60,067 nucleotides of DNA from Ginglymostoma cirratum (Eukaryota): positions 788,658-848,724 of the forward strand of contig JAHRHZ010000019.1 of the NCBI GenBank assembly GCA_024137785.1, given 5' to 3'. The notes below the pieces were generated by a model. It was not told the origin of the DNA and searched no databases. It saw nothing but the letters and a program-made list of their open reading frames with translations. Below are positions 13,461 through 23,637 of this stretch, piece by piece. Made by a program: the position numbers and the translations under genes. Numbering within the stretch: the stretch's first letter is position 1; each line of letters starts with the position of its first letter.

Positions 13461-13993
13461 ACAGTAGCTGTGGTAAGGGTCCTGTAACCGGGGAGTGAAA
13501 GGAGACACTCCCCATTTCCCCCTTTCTGACGCCTGGGAGTCTTCGCTGTGGAGCGGCTTCAGTTTGCTGAGGCTGTAGAGGATGTATCTCTTTTGATCTT
13601 TGGGGAAATCCTACTCCTTTAAATGCTACCTGGCTTGCTTTACTAATACAGCAGATCGTTCCCATTTCCAACCCTCAACTTCTGCTGTGTATTGTGAGGA
13701 AGCCTCTCCCACAATGAATAGCCCAGGGAAGAGAATTGCATTATGAGACAACTTAGCCTGTGTCAGACAGCGGTTCGACAGTGTGAGCTCAACATGTCAC
13801 TGTTATAGCACCATCTGTATTGCTGTTCTCAGCATGCAGTGTCTGAGAGCCAGGATATCAATCAGGAATAAATGATCACAACTGGTTCAGTCTAACATCT
13901 TGTTCCATCCCTCAACATTGAACTCAGACTGCTGGGCAGGACCCTTTAAATCCTGGCGGGTATTTAGAGCAAACAGACTGCTTTTCATTTATT

Positions 13994-14164
13994 ATAACAA
14001 GGCGTACAGCTGGATGAACACAGCAGGCCAAGATTTTTCTGAAGAAGGGTCTCGACCCGAAACGTCAGCTTTCCTGCTCCTCTGATGCTGCTTGGCCTGC
14101 TGTGTTCATCCAGCTCCACACCTTGTTATCTCAGATTCTCCAGCATTGGCAGTCCCTACTATCT
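13994..14164 (+). mobile_element. 171-nt non-autonomous PLE terminal-repeat element with inverted arms and 16-bp TSD
   Basis: TSD ctgcttttcatttatt at 13978-13993 and 14165-14180; 13994-14032 is an inverted copy of 14091-14129. Confidence 0.88.
14039..14066 (+). ncRNA. Minimal hammerhead ribozyme-like motif (PLE-associated)
   Basis: CTGAAGA-A-GGGT(CTCG)ACCC-GAAA-CG-TC matches the CUGANGA/stem II/GAAA/UH core with a palindromic ACGT helix III. Confidence 0.65.
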
Positions 14165-14199
14165 CTGCTTTTCATTTATTGATTTTTTTTATTCTGAAG

Positions 14200-14544
14200 G
14201 TGTAAATGACCCAGACCTTCTCCGGTCTCCAATCCTGGAACATGTCACTGAGGGTCACACTGCCTGGCTACAGTGCACCATGAGGAACACCGCACTGACA
14301 CACACTGGTGTTCACTGGTACTGGAAGCGAAAAGGACGTCAGCGGGAGCGGATTTCGATACATTACACGTGGAATTATGTAAATAGGTATTCAGGATTCA
14401 CTGATCGATTCCAGCCTTCCAGAGACCCCTCCAGTTACAGCTTCATTCTGACCATCACAAACGTGCAGCCCAGTGACACTGGGGTCTATTACTGCTCAGT
14501 CTGGGGAAGGATTTATGGGAGAGGAAGCCTGCTCAATGTCACCA
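14200..14544 (+). CDS. Exon V1: Ig V-set domain with germline-joined J-like strand
   Basis: Acceptor ttttattctgaag, donor gtaagt, phase 1-1, 345 nt; WLQC...VHWYW...DRF...FILTITNVQPSDTGVYYCSVWGRIYGRGSLLNVT. Confidence 0.93.
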
Positions 14545-15629
14545 GTAAGTAGAGTTTACATGACAATCACTTAGAGCAAATACCCCTTGCCCAATGAATG
14601 AATTGGAGATCTGTTTGTGGGTGTCACTGGCTGGGCCAGCATTTATTGCCCATCCTTAACTGCCCTTGAGAAGGTGGTGCTGAGCTGCCTTTTTGAACCA
14701 CTGCAGTGACCCATTGGTTGCCATTCCTGATTTTAGGTCGGGCTCCTACACAATCAATTCAGACTCTGCTAAACGGCTCTTCAAAAGCTATGATCTGAAT
14801 TAATGGTGAAGCTTTAATTGAATATTAGTCCTGCAATGGAGCAGCTTGTCTGGTAAAAATTAACATCTTTATATAATTCTGACCAATATAAGTGTTTTAA
14901 TAAGTTTAGACTGTGTATTCCTTGTCCATAAATGATCAGCCATTGGAATTTCATGAGCTAATTTGTAAAATTTCATTCTGATCCTCAGATGGAGTGACCA
15001 ACTGATGGACCACTGTCCATTCCTCATGGCCTGGTACTTCGGGCAGACTCTATTCCCTCATTAACACTTTGTCTTTCAAGCAATAACACTCAGGGATTGT
15101 TCCTGATTCCATTTCTGAGGAGGCTTTCTGGTAAAACTCTCTCGATTCAGCATCCATTCATTGCATTTCTGTTTAAGAAGATTTTCTGAACATATCAGAC
15201 ACATTATCTGTACCTTCATTCTTCTCTGCTACATTTTTGAAAATTGATTCTGATCGCAGACATTCCAATCCAAATCAATGTCTCATAGATTCCTTGTTCT
15301 ACGACTCTAACTACGTGAACCTGTGATCTAGTCACAACATAGTCAGAAACCATTTTAGTATATTCCTCCCATTTTTAATCTCTGTTAATATCTCCAATGA
15401 ATATTTTGCCCTCCATTAACCCTGCAGGAAATCAAACAGGACCATCTGGCAGCATCAGCAATTGACTTTTTTGATTGTCTCTTTAAATCTTTATTGGTTT
15501 ACATGCTTGATTTGAAGCTGAAGGAAATGGCTTTCCTTTTGAGACTGAATTCTCAGAACCTCGAGTGTTCTGAATTGATTAAAACTGTCTTTTGACTGAT
15601 TGTCCAGCTCTTTATTTCTACAAATTGAC

Positions 15630-16145
15630 TCTAAGACAGGATGAGCTGGTGTTGGAGGGGGTTTGAAAGTAGGTTATCCATAATGATCCCTGGGATGAAG
15701 GGCTTGTCATTTAAGGAGCAGTTGAGGCCTTTGTCTCTGTACTTAATGGAGATTAGAAGGATGAGGTGGAATCTGATTGAAACAGACTGAATTCTGAGAG
15801 GCCCTGATAGAGTGTACATGGAGAAGATGTTTCCACTAATAGGAGAGATTAGGACCTGAGGGCACAGCCTCGGAGTGAATGCATGACCCTTTAGTCCTGA
15901 GATGAGGAGGAATTTGTTCAGCTTCAGGAAGATGAATCTGTGGAACACATTGCTGCAGAGGGCTGTGGAGGCCAAGTCATTGACTGTATTTAAGACAGAG
16001 AGAGATGAGTTCCCAATGAGTAAAGATTACAGGCTAAAGGCAGGAGAATGGGCTTGAGAAACATGTCAGCCATGATCGAATGGCAGAGCAGGCTCAATGG
16101 GCAGAATGGCCAAATTCTGCTCCTAAATCCTGTGGCCTTATGGTC
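15630..16145 (+). mobile_element. CR1 LINE 3' fragment
   Basis: agaaggatgaggtggaatctgattgaaac...gagatgaggaggaatttgttcagc...gcagagggctgtggaggccaagtcattg, CR1-type 3' tail. Confidence 0.75.
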
Positions 16146-16256
16146 TAAAATGCCTTGTTTAATTTGAAGAATTAAACCCACTCTTACAATCTGTCCTTTC
16201 TTTTCAACTTTACATTGGAGCCCTTCAAAAACTTCAGACTGTTGTAGATTTATTCA

Positions 16257-16385
16257 TAAAAAACCAAAAGGACTGAAGATGCTGGGAACAAAAATAGAAA
16301 ATGCTGGAAAAGCTCAGCAGATGTGGCAGCATCTGCAGAGAGAAATTAGAGTTAACGTTTCTGGTCAGTGACTTTCCTCAGAATT
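16257..16385 (-). mobile_element. Short PLE terminal-repeat element with hammerhead-like motif at 16354-16381
   Basis: Reverse complement reads CTGAGGAaagtcactgaccaGAAACGTTaactct; imperfect TSD gatttattca (16247-16256) / gattaattca (16386-16395). Confidence 0.75.
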
Positions 16386-16412
16386 GATTAATTCAATATC
16401 TTTATCTGCTAG

Positions 16413-16757
16413 GTGCAAATGCCCCAATCCTTCTCCAGTCTCCGATCCTGGAACGTGTCAGTGAGGGTCACACTGCCTGGCTACAGTGCACCGTGAGGAA
16501 TGCTGCAGTGACACACACCGATGTTCACTGGCACTGGAAGCAAACGGGGAACAACACGGAGTGGGTTTTAACACATAATGTGAGGAACTTCCCATAATGA
16601 AGCTCAGGATTCACTGAGCGATTCCAGTCTTCCAGAGACCCCTCCAATAACAGGTTCATTCTGACCATCACAAACATGCAGCCCAATGACACCGGGGTCT
16701 ATTATTGTAAAGTGTGGGGAGATATCAATGGGAATGGAACCCAGCTGACTGTAATAG
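16413..16757 (+). pseudogene. Exon V2: Ig V-J-type domain with two in-frame stops (missing from the ORF track)
   Basis: Acceptor tttatctgctag, donor gtaagt, phase 1-1, 345 nt; ANAPILLQSPILERVSEGHTAWLQC...VHWHW...RNFP**SSGFTERF...DTGVYYCKVWGDINGNGTQLTVI; TAA 16595-16597, TGA 16598-16600. Confidence 0.92.
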
Positions 16758-17281
16758 GTAAGTCCTGCTTACCTTAAATAATCTGACACAGCAAATCCTT
16801 CCATAAGCATTTATTGGAGAGCAGAATGCATTAAATTCCTCTGGTAAAGAGAAAGCAGAAAGCTTGATGTTAATATAAAACAGTTACCTTCTCTTGTTTT
16901 ACTCACAGGTAGAATAAACTTTTTCTCCTCTTGGACTAGTTCCTAAATGACAAAATCTTTCTCTTCTCCCAGTCTTTCTGCTTCATCTTGTTTGCTCTCA
17001 GTGTTGTGTTTAACATTTTCCTGTCTCTATCTGGTTCTGTTTCATTCATTCTTGTGACATGTCCATCACAGGCCATGCCAGCACTTGTTGTTCATCTCGA
17101 GTGGTCCTTGAGAAGAATTGTCTTCACCCAGAGAGTGGGGAGCCGACGGAATACTCTGTCACAGGAAACAGCTGAGGCCAAACCATTGTATGATTTCAAG
17201 GATGAGTTGAATGTAGTTCTGATTGGGGAAAAAGGATCAAAGGTTTTGGTGAGAGATGGGGATTTGGGGACTGAGTTGGAT

Positions 17282-17600
17282 GGTCAGTGGCATGGTGACT
17301 CAGTGGATAGCACTGCTGCCTCATAGAACCAGGGATCTAAGTTCAATTTCACCCTTGGGTGACTGTCTGTGTGGAGTTTGCACATTCTCCCTGTACCTGA
17401 CTGGGTTTCATTCCACAGGATTAGTGGATTGACCATGCAAAATTGCCCATAGTGTCCATGGATGTGTAGGTTTGGTGGATGAGCCATGTGAACTGCTGGG
17501 AGATGGTAGGTGGAGAGGGAGAGGGTGATGGTGGTGAGATGCTCTTCAGGTGTGGACTTGTTGAGCTGAATGGCCTGTTGCCGCAGTGTAGGGATTGTAT
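17282..17600 (+). mobile_element. HE1-type tRNA-derived V-SINE nested in a CR1 3' fragment (about 17110-17660)
   Basis: A-box-like tggtgactcagtgg, V-SINE core ctgtgtggagtttgcacattctcc, CR1-like tail. Confidence 0.8.
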
Positions 17601-18774
17601 GAACATGTTGAATGGTGGTGCAGGCACAATGGCTGAATGGCCTACTCCTGCTCCTATTTTCTCTGTTTGGAGAAGATGATAGTGAGGTGCTTTCCAGACC
17701 TGCTGTGGTCTACTTGGCGTTGGGACATTTGACCCAGTGACACTGGAGGAACGATCATGACATATTTCCAAGTCTGGATGGTGAGAGCCTTGGAGGGGAA
17801 CCTGAAGGAGGTGGTGTCACGTGCATCTACTCCCCTTGTATGTTCTGTTGGAAGAGTCTCTGGGTTCAGAAGTTAGTTTTGGAGGAGCCTTAGTAGGATA
17901 TCTTGGAGATGGTACAAGCTCTATATCAGTTTTGAATGTTGAATGTGTTAGTTGTGGCATTGCTTTGTCCTGGATGGCGTGGTGCTTTTTGAATGCTGTT
18001 GGAGCTGTACCCACCCAGGCAAGAGTAGAAGGAGGCAGTTCAACCCATCTTGTCTGCACTGACTCTTAAAATGATCATCATTCCTGACTGTCAATGTCCT
18101 GCATTGGATACAGAATCAGATGTAGCAACGGTGAATCAGAAAGGGCGTGGTCAGGGTGCATCAAATGCAGGCTGTTTGAAACTTTCAACCTTTTCCTTTC
18201 GGTTTTTGGTGAGAATGAAACTTTTCAAATGGCTGCTCGAACTCTTCAATCAGTCAGCTGTGCACTTTGTGAAATTCTCTTCTCGATAGTTTATTCTGTT
18301 ACAGGATCCTGCACAAAATGAATCAAAGCAACAAATTGGAAAGCTTTCTGCTGATGGATATATTTCAAATCATTCCCTCTCAAATCACAAACAGCAATAT
18401 TCACACACAAATCTTCAGTTCATTCCCTGCAAATCATCATTTAACAAGGAGGAGATTTTACAAAATGTTACAATTCACATTACAAGATTTTTCCTCTTCG
18501 ATATTTTTCCTCTCCTTCATTTTGGTGTCGGCGGCAGTTCGAAGCGGGAAGAGTGGCAGCGAGCACCAGAGGCCTGACGGGAAGGTAAGTCGGTTTAAAA
18601 ACTTACCTCGAGCGGCAAGCGGTCTTTTCCTCACCAGGAGCGGCGGGAGACGGAGCGGAGGTGACGTTGGAGACCAGGAGGTTGTGAGGAAGGTAAGGAA
18701 TTAGTATATATTTGGGCAGCAGCATTAAGTGCATTGTTTGGTATTAGTTAGTTGAGTCAGAGCTAAGGCTTACA

Positions 18775-19722
18775 ATGGCAGGGGACCTCAGACCCGTGGC
18801 ATGTGCCTCTTGCTTGATGTGGGAGATCAGGGACGTGACTGATGTCCCTGACTGTTACACTTGCAGGAAGTGTGTCCAGCTGCAGCTCTTGTTGGACCGC
18901 ATGACGGCTCTGGAGTTGCGGGTAGACTCACTGTGGAGCATCCGCGATGCTGAGAAGGTCATGGATAGCACGTTTAGCGAATTGGTCACACCGCAGATTA
19001 GGATTGCTGAGGGAGACAGTGAATGGGTGACCAAAAGGCAGAGAAAGAGCAGGAAGGCAGTGCAGGTATCCCCTGCGGTCATCTCCCTCCAAAACAGGTA
19101 TACCGTTTTGGATACTGTTGGGGGAGATGGCTCACCAGGGGAGGGCAGCAGTTGCCTGGATCATGGCACCATGGCGGGCACTGCTGTTCAGAAGGGCGGG
19201 AAAAAGACTCATAGGGCCATAGTCATAGGGGATTCTATTGGAAGGGGAGTAGATAGGCGGTTCTGTGGCCGAAAACGGGAGTCCCGGATGGTGTGTTGCC
19301 TCCCAGCTGCTCGGGTCAGGGATGTCACCGATCGGCTACAGAGCATTCTGAAAAGGGAGGGTGAACAGCCAGTTGTTGTGGTGCTTATAGGCACCAATGA
19401 TATAGGTAAAAAACGAGATGAGGTCCTGAAAGCAGAATTCAGGGAGCGAGGAGAGAAGTTAAAGAGGAGGACCTCAAAGGTAGTGATCTCAGGGATGCTA
19501 CCAGTGCCGCGTGCTAGCCAGGGTAGAAATGAAAGAATAGGCAGGATGAACACGTGGCTTGAGGGATGGTGTAGGAGGAAAGGGTTCAGATTTGTGGGAC
19601 ATTGGGACCGGTTCTGGGGAAGGTGGGACTATTACAAATTGGATGGTCTACACCTGAACCAGACTGGAACGAGTGTCCGAGGGGGAGTTTTTGCTAGGGC
19701 TGTTGGGGAGGGTTTAAACTAA
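18775..19722 (+). CDS. CR1 ORF1p: zinc finger, coiled coil and SGNH esterase-like domain (315 aa)
   Basis: CASC...CRKC, leucine-rich heptads, IVIGDS, IGTND and DGLH; uninterrupted ORF. Confidence 0.93.
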   Translation: MAGDLRPVACASCLMWEIRDVTDVPDCYTCRKCVQLQLLLDRMTALELRVDSLWSIRDAEKVMDSTFSELVTPQIRIAEGDSEWVTKRQRKSRKAVQVSPAVISLQNRYTVLDTVGGDGSPGEGSSCLDHGTMAGTAVQKGGKKTHRAIVIGDSIGRGVDRRFCGRKRESRMVCCLPAARVRDVTDRLQSILKREGEQPVVVVLIGTNDIGKKRDEVLKAEFRERGEKLKRRTSKVVISGMLPVPRASQGRNERIGRMNTWLEGWCRRKGFRFVGHWDRFWGRWDYYKLDGLHLNQTGTSVRGGVFARAVGEGLN

Positions 19723-22514
19723 TGTGGCAGGGGTCTGGGAACCAGAGGAGAAGACGAGTAGACAGTGAGGTGGAAACTAGAGACTGTAAGGATCATGAAG
19801 TTAGCATTACCAAGGGCAAGAGTAGGCAGAGAGCAGATGAACGCAAAGGAACTGGTGGTCTGAAGTGCATATTCTTTAATGCAAGGAGTATAGTGGGTAA
19901 GGCAGACGAGCTTAGGTCTTGGATTAGTGCCTGGGAGTATGACGTTATTGCGATCACAGAGACTTGGTTGAAGGAAGGGGATGATTGGCAACTAAATGTC
20001 CCAGGATATAGATGCTTCAGACAGGACAGGGAGGGAAGTAAAAGTGGGGGAAGAGTTGCATTGCTGGTCAGGGATGATATCACGGCTGTGCTAAAGGAGG
20101 GCACTATGGAGGGCTTGAGCAGTGAGGCATTATGGGTAGAGCTGAGAAATAAGAAGGGTGCAGTTACGTTGTTGGCGCTGTACTACAGGCCTCCCAACAG
20201 TGAGCGTGAGGTAGAAGAACAAACAGGTCGACAGATTATGGAAAGATGTAGAGGTAACAGGGTGGTGGTGATGGGAGATTTTAATTTTCCCAACATTGAC
20301 TGGGATACACTTAGTGTCAGAGGTCTGGATGGGGCAGAATTTGTAAGGAGCATCCAGGAGGGTTTTCTAGAGCAGTATGTCAATAGTCCAACTAGGGAAG
20401 GGGCCATATTGGACCTAGTGTTGGGGAAAGGGCCAGGCCAGGTGGTAGAAGCTGCAGTGGGGGATTTCTTTGGGAATAGTGACCACAATTCTGTAAGTTT
20501 TAGAATACTCGTAGACAAAGATGAGAGTGGTCCTAAGGGAAGAATACTAAACTGGGCCAGCGCCAATTATATCAAAATTCGGCAGGAGCTGGGAAATGTG
20601 GATTGGGGACAGCTATTTGAAGGGAAGTCCACATTTGATATGTGGGAGGCTTTCAAAGATAGGTTGAAGATAGTGCAGGATAGGCATGTCCCTTTGAAAA
20701 CAAGGGATAGGAAAGGAAAGATTCGTGAACCGTGGATGACAGGAGAAATCGTGCGACTAGCCAAGAAGAAAAGGGAAGCGTACATAAGGTCCAGGCAGCT
20801 AAGAACAGAACGGTCCTTGGAGGAATATCGGGAGAGTAGGACCAATCTTAAACGAGGAATCAAGCGGGCTAAAAGGGGTCATGAAATAACTTTAGCGAAC
20901 AGAATTAAGGAGAATCCCAAGGCCTTTTATTCATGTATAAGAAGCAGGAGGGTAACTAGAGAAAGGGTTGGTTCACTAAAGGATAAGGAAGGAAGGTTTT
21001 GTGTCGAACCTGAGAAAATGGGTGAGATTCTCAATGATTACTTTGCATCAGTGTTCACTGAGGAGAGGGACATGATGAATGTTGAGATTAGAGATAGAAG
21101 TTTGTTTACTCTGGATCACGTTGACATAAGGAGGGAAGATGCGTTGGGTAGGCTAAAGGATATTAAGGTGGACAGATCCCCAGGACCGGATGGGATCTAT
21201 CCCAGGATGCTGAGGGAGGCGAGAGAGGAAATAGCTGGGGCCCTGACAGATATCTTTGTAGCATACTTAAACACAGGTGAAGTGCCAGAGGACTGGAGAG
21301 TTGCTAATGTTGTCCCCCTGTACAAGAAGGGTAGTAAGGATATTCCAGGTAACTACAGACCAGTAAGCCTGACGTCAGTGGTGGGAAAGTTGCTGGAGAA
21401 GGTACTGAGGGATAGAATCTATTTATATTTGGAAAAGAATGGGCTTATCAGTGATAGGCAACATGGTTTTGTGCAGGGGAGATCATGCCTTACTAACTTA
21501 ATAGAGTTCTTTGAGGAAGTGACCAAGTTGATAGATGAAGGAAGGGCTGTAGATGTCATCTACATGGACTTTAGTAAGGCGTTTGATAAGGTTCCCCATC
21601 GTAAACTAATGGAGGAAGTGAAGTCACATGGTGTACAGGGTGTTCTAGCTAGGTGGATAAAGAACTGGTTGAGCAACAGGAGACAGAGAGTAGTAGTTGA
21701 AGGTAGTTTCTCGAAATGGAGAAAAGTGACCAGTGGTGTTCCACAGGGATCAGTGCTGGGGCCACTGTTGTTTGTGATGTACATAAATGATCTGGAAGAG
21801 GGCATAAGTGGTCTGATCAGTAAGTTTGCAGATGACACGAAGATTGGGGGAGTAGCAGAAAGCATAGGGGATTGTCAAAGAATACAGGAGAATATAGATA
21901 GACTGGAGAGTTGGGCGGAGAAGTGGCAGATGGAGTTCAATCCGGGCAAGTGTGAGGTGATGCGTTTTGGGAGGTCTAATTCTAGAGCAAACTATACTGT
22001 AAACAGAAGAGCCTTGGGAAAAGTTGATGAGCAGAGAGATCTGGGAGTTCAGGTCCATTGTACCCTGAAGGTGGCTGCACAGGTGGATAGAGTGGTCAAG
22101 AAGGCATATGGTATGCTTGCCTTCATCGGACGGGGTATTGAGTATAAGAGCTGGCAGGTCATGTTAAAATTGTACAAGACTTTGGTTCGGCTGCATTTAG
22201 AATACTGTGTACAGTTCTGGTCGCCACATTACCAAAAGGATGTGGAAGCTTTGGAGAGGGTACAGAGAAGGTTTACGAGGATGCTGCCTGGTATGGAAGG
22301 TGCTAGCTATGAAGAGAGGTTGAGTAGGTTAGGATTGTTTTCATTAGAAAAAAGGAGATTGAGGGGGGACCTGATTGAGGTCTTCAAAATCATGAAGGGT
22401 ATAGACAGGGTTGATAGAGATAAGCTTTTTCCCGGGGTGAGGCATTCAATAACGAGGGGTCACGCGTTCAAGGTGAGAGGAGAAAAGTTTAAGGGGGATA
22501 CACGGGGAAAGTAA
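19722..22514 (+). CDS. CR1 ORF2p: APE endonuclease + reverse transcriptase (930 aa, one premature stop near the C-terminus)
   Basis: FNARS, TETWL, GDFN, NSDH; [35 protein letters not shown]. After TAA at 22512-22514 the frame continues FTQRVVGAWNALP... to TGA at 22656-22658. Confidence 0.95.
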   Translation: MWQGSGNQRRRRVDSEVETRDCKDHEVSITKGKSRQRADERKGTGGLKCIFFNARSIVGKADELRSWISAWEYDVIAITETWLKEGDDWQLNVPGYRCFRQDREGSKSGGRVALLVRDDITAVLKEGTMEGLSSEALWVELRNKKGAVTLLALYYRPPNSEREVEEQTGRQIMERCRGNRVVVMGDFNFPNIDWDTLSVRGLDGAEFVRSIQEGFLEQYVNSPTREGAILDLVLGKGPGQVVEAAVGDFFGNSDHNSVSFRILVDKDESGPKGRILNWASANYIKIRQELGNVDWGQLFEGKSTFDMWEAFKDRLKIVQDRHVPLKTRDRKGKIREPWMTGEIVRLAKKKREAYIRSRQLRTERSLEEYRESRTNLKRGIKRAKRGHEITLANRIKENPKAFYSCIRSRRVTRERVGSLKDKEGRFCVEPEKMGEILNDYFASVFTEERDMMNVEIRDRSLFTLDHVDIRREDALGRLKDIKVDRSPGPDGIYPRMLREAREEIAGALTDIFVAYLNTGEVPEDWRVANVVPLYKKGSKDIPGNYRPVSLTSVVGKLLEKVLRDRIYLYLEKNGLISDRQHGFVQGRSCLTNLIEFFEEVTKLIDEGRAVDVIYMDFSKAFDKVPHRKLMEEVKSHGVQGVLARWIKNWLSNRRQRVVVEGSFSKWRKVTSGVPQGSVLGPLLFVMYINDLEEGISGLISKFADDTKIGGVAESIGDCQRIQENIDRLESWAEKWQMEFNPGKCEVMRFGRSNSRANYTVNRRALGKVDEQRDLGVQVHCTLKVAAQVDRVVKKAYGMLAFIGRGIEYKSWQVMLKLYKTLVRLHLEYCVQFWSPHYQKDVEALERVQRRFTRMLPGMEGASYEERLSRLGLFSLEKRRLRGDLIEVFKIMKGIDRVDRDKLFPGVRHSITRGHAFKVRGEKFKGDTRGK

Positions 22515-22757
22515 TTTACACAGAGGGTGGTAGGTGCCTGGAACGCGTTGCCAGCAGAGGTAGTAGAGGCAGGCACGGTAGATTCATTTAAGGTGCATCT
22601 GGACAGATGCATGAGTAGGTGGGGAGCAGAGGGATACAGATCCTTAGGAATTGTGTGATAGGTTTAGACAGTGGATTTGGATCGGCACAGGCTTGGAGGG
22701 CCTAAGGGCCTGTTCCTGGGCTGTAAGTTTTCTTTGTTCTTTGTTCTATATGAACAG

Positions 22758-23105
22758 ATCCATTGGCTGATTCAGTCCTTATTCAGCATCGAGTGGTCAG
22801 CAAGGTACCAGAAGGTGAAACTGTTGAGTTCCAGTGTGCCATGTACAATGCCAGTGTGATTGACACTGATGTACACTGGCACTACCAGCGACCTGACAGC
22901 AACACGGAGTGGGTAATAAGCCAGTTTGTGAATGGCACCCTCACCAAGGCCCAGGGTTTCCGCGATCGTGTTCATATTTCCAGGAATGTCTGCAGGAACA
23001 GTTACATTCTGAGCCTTGTGAATGTGACTGTCAATGATAGTGCTGTGTACCACTGCAGTGTGTGGAGCTACACCTATGGAGCAGGGAGCCAGCTCAATGT
23101 AACCG
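22758..23105 (+). CDS. Exon V3: Ig V-J-type domain, rich in N-glycosylation sequons
   Basis: Acceptor gaacag, donor gtaagg, phase 1-1, 348 nt; EFQC...VHWHY...DRV...YILSLVNVTVNDSAVYHCSVWSYTYGAGSQLNVT. Confidence 0.92.
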
Positions 23106-23637
23106 GTAAGGCAATGGTAGGGAATGCTGGTGTGAACAGGGAAGGGAGAACATGACTGCTGTGCTTCATCAGTGGAAGGGCCGAATGGTCATGTGGCCAG
23201 GCATTCCCAAGGAGGATGGGGAGAGGCTTGCAGGGGAAGTTGTTCACACGTATCTGCTGCCCTGACCCTTCTAGATGGAGGAGGATGTGCGTTTGTGAGG
23301 TGCTGTCTGAGGAACTTTGCTGAATTTCAGCAGTGTATATTGTAGTTAATACACAGTAGGGTGTCAGTGGTGTAGGGATTGGATGCTTGTGGCTATGGTG
23401 ACAGTCATTAGGGCTACATTTTCCTGGATGATACCAAGCTTCCTGAGTGTTGCTGGAGCAGCACCATCCAGGCAAGTGGGGAGAATTCCATTACACTCCT
23501 GACTTGTTCCTTGTAGACAGTAGGCAGGGTTTGGGGAGTGAGGAGGGATATTACTATTCTGAGGATCTCAAAATTACTGTTGCAGACAATTTTGGACTTT
23601 GTTCTGACTGCGTGCCTAACATTCTGATATTTTACAG

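Larger units (their letters stand above)
1413..13487 (+). repeat. Segmental duplication: copy A intron-1-derived sequence, paralogous to 52138-59863
   Basis: Colinear unique sequence and the same old CR1 fragments in the same order and orientation, e.g. tgctcccaccatttccca.ctgtttaatggacagac at about 1461 and 52186. Confidence 0.93.
18505..22747 (+). mobile_element. Full-length, young CR1 LINE
   Basis: GC-rich 5'UTR, ORF1, ORF2 and (ttctttg)n tail; candidate 4-bp TSD atat at 18501-18504 and 22748-22751. Confidence 0.95.

Noticed and set aside
14085-14199. Hydrophobic N-terminus of ORF 14085-14552 (MLLGLLCSSSS...) as a signal peptide for V1
   Set aside because: It is the PLE mini-element plus polypyrimidine tract; the same peptide appears at 9122. 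Exaptation cannot be excluded but there is no evidence for it.
17282-17350. tRNA genes at SINE heads (also about 28013, 31836, 36064 and 50095)
   Set aside because: A/B boxes belong to tRNA-derived V-SINEs; no intact cloverleaf.
14200-23105. Rearranging TCR/Ig V segments or a germline-joined Ig light-chain cluster
   Set aside because: No heptamer/nonamer RSS at the V ends, J-like strand already in-exon, no leader in front of each V, no C1 exon found, and V3 splices in phase to a TM exon.
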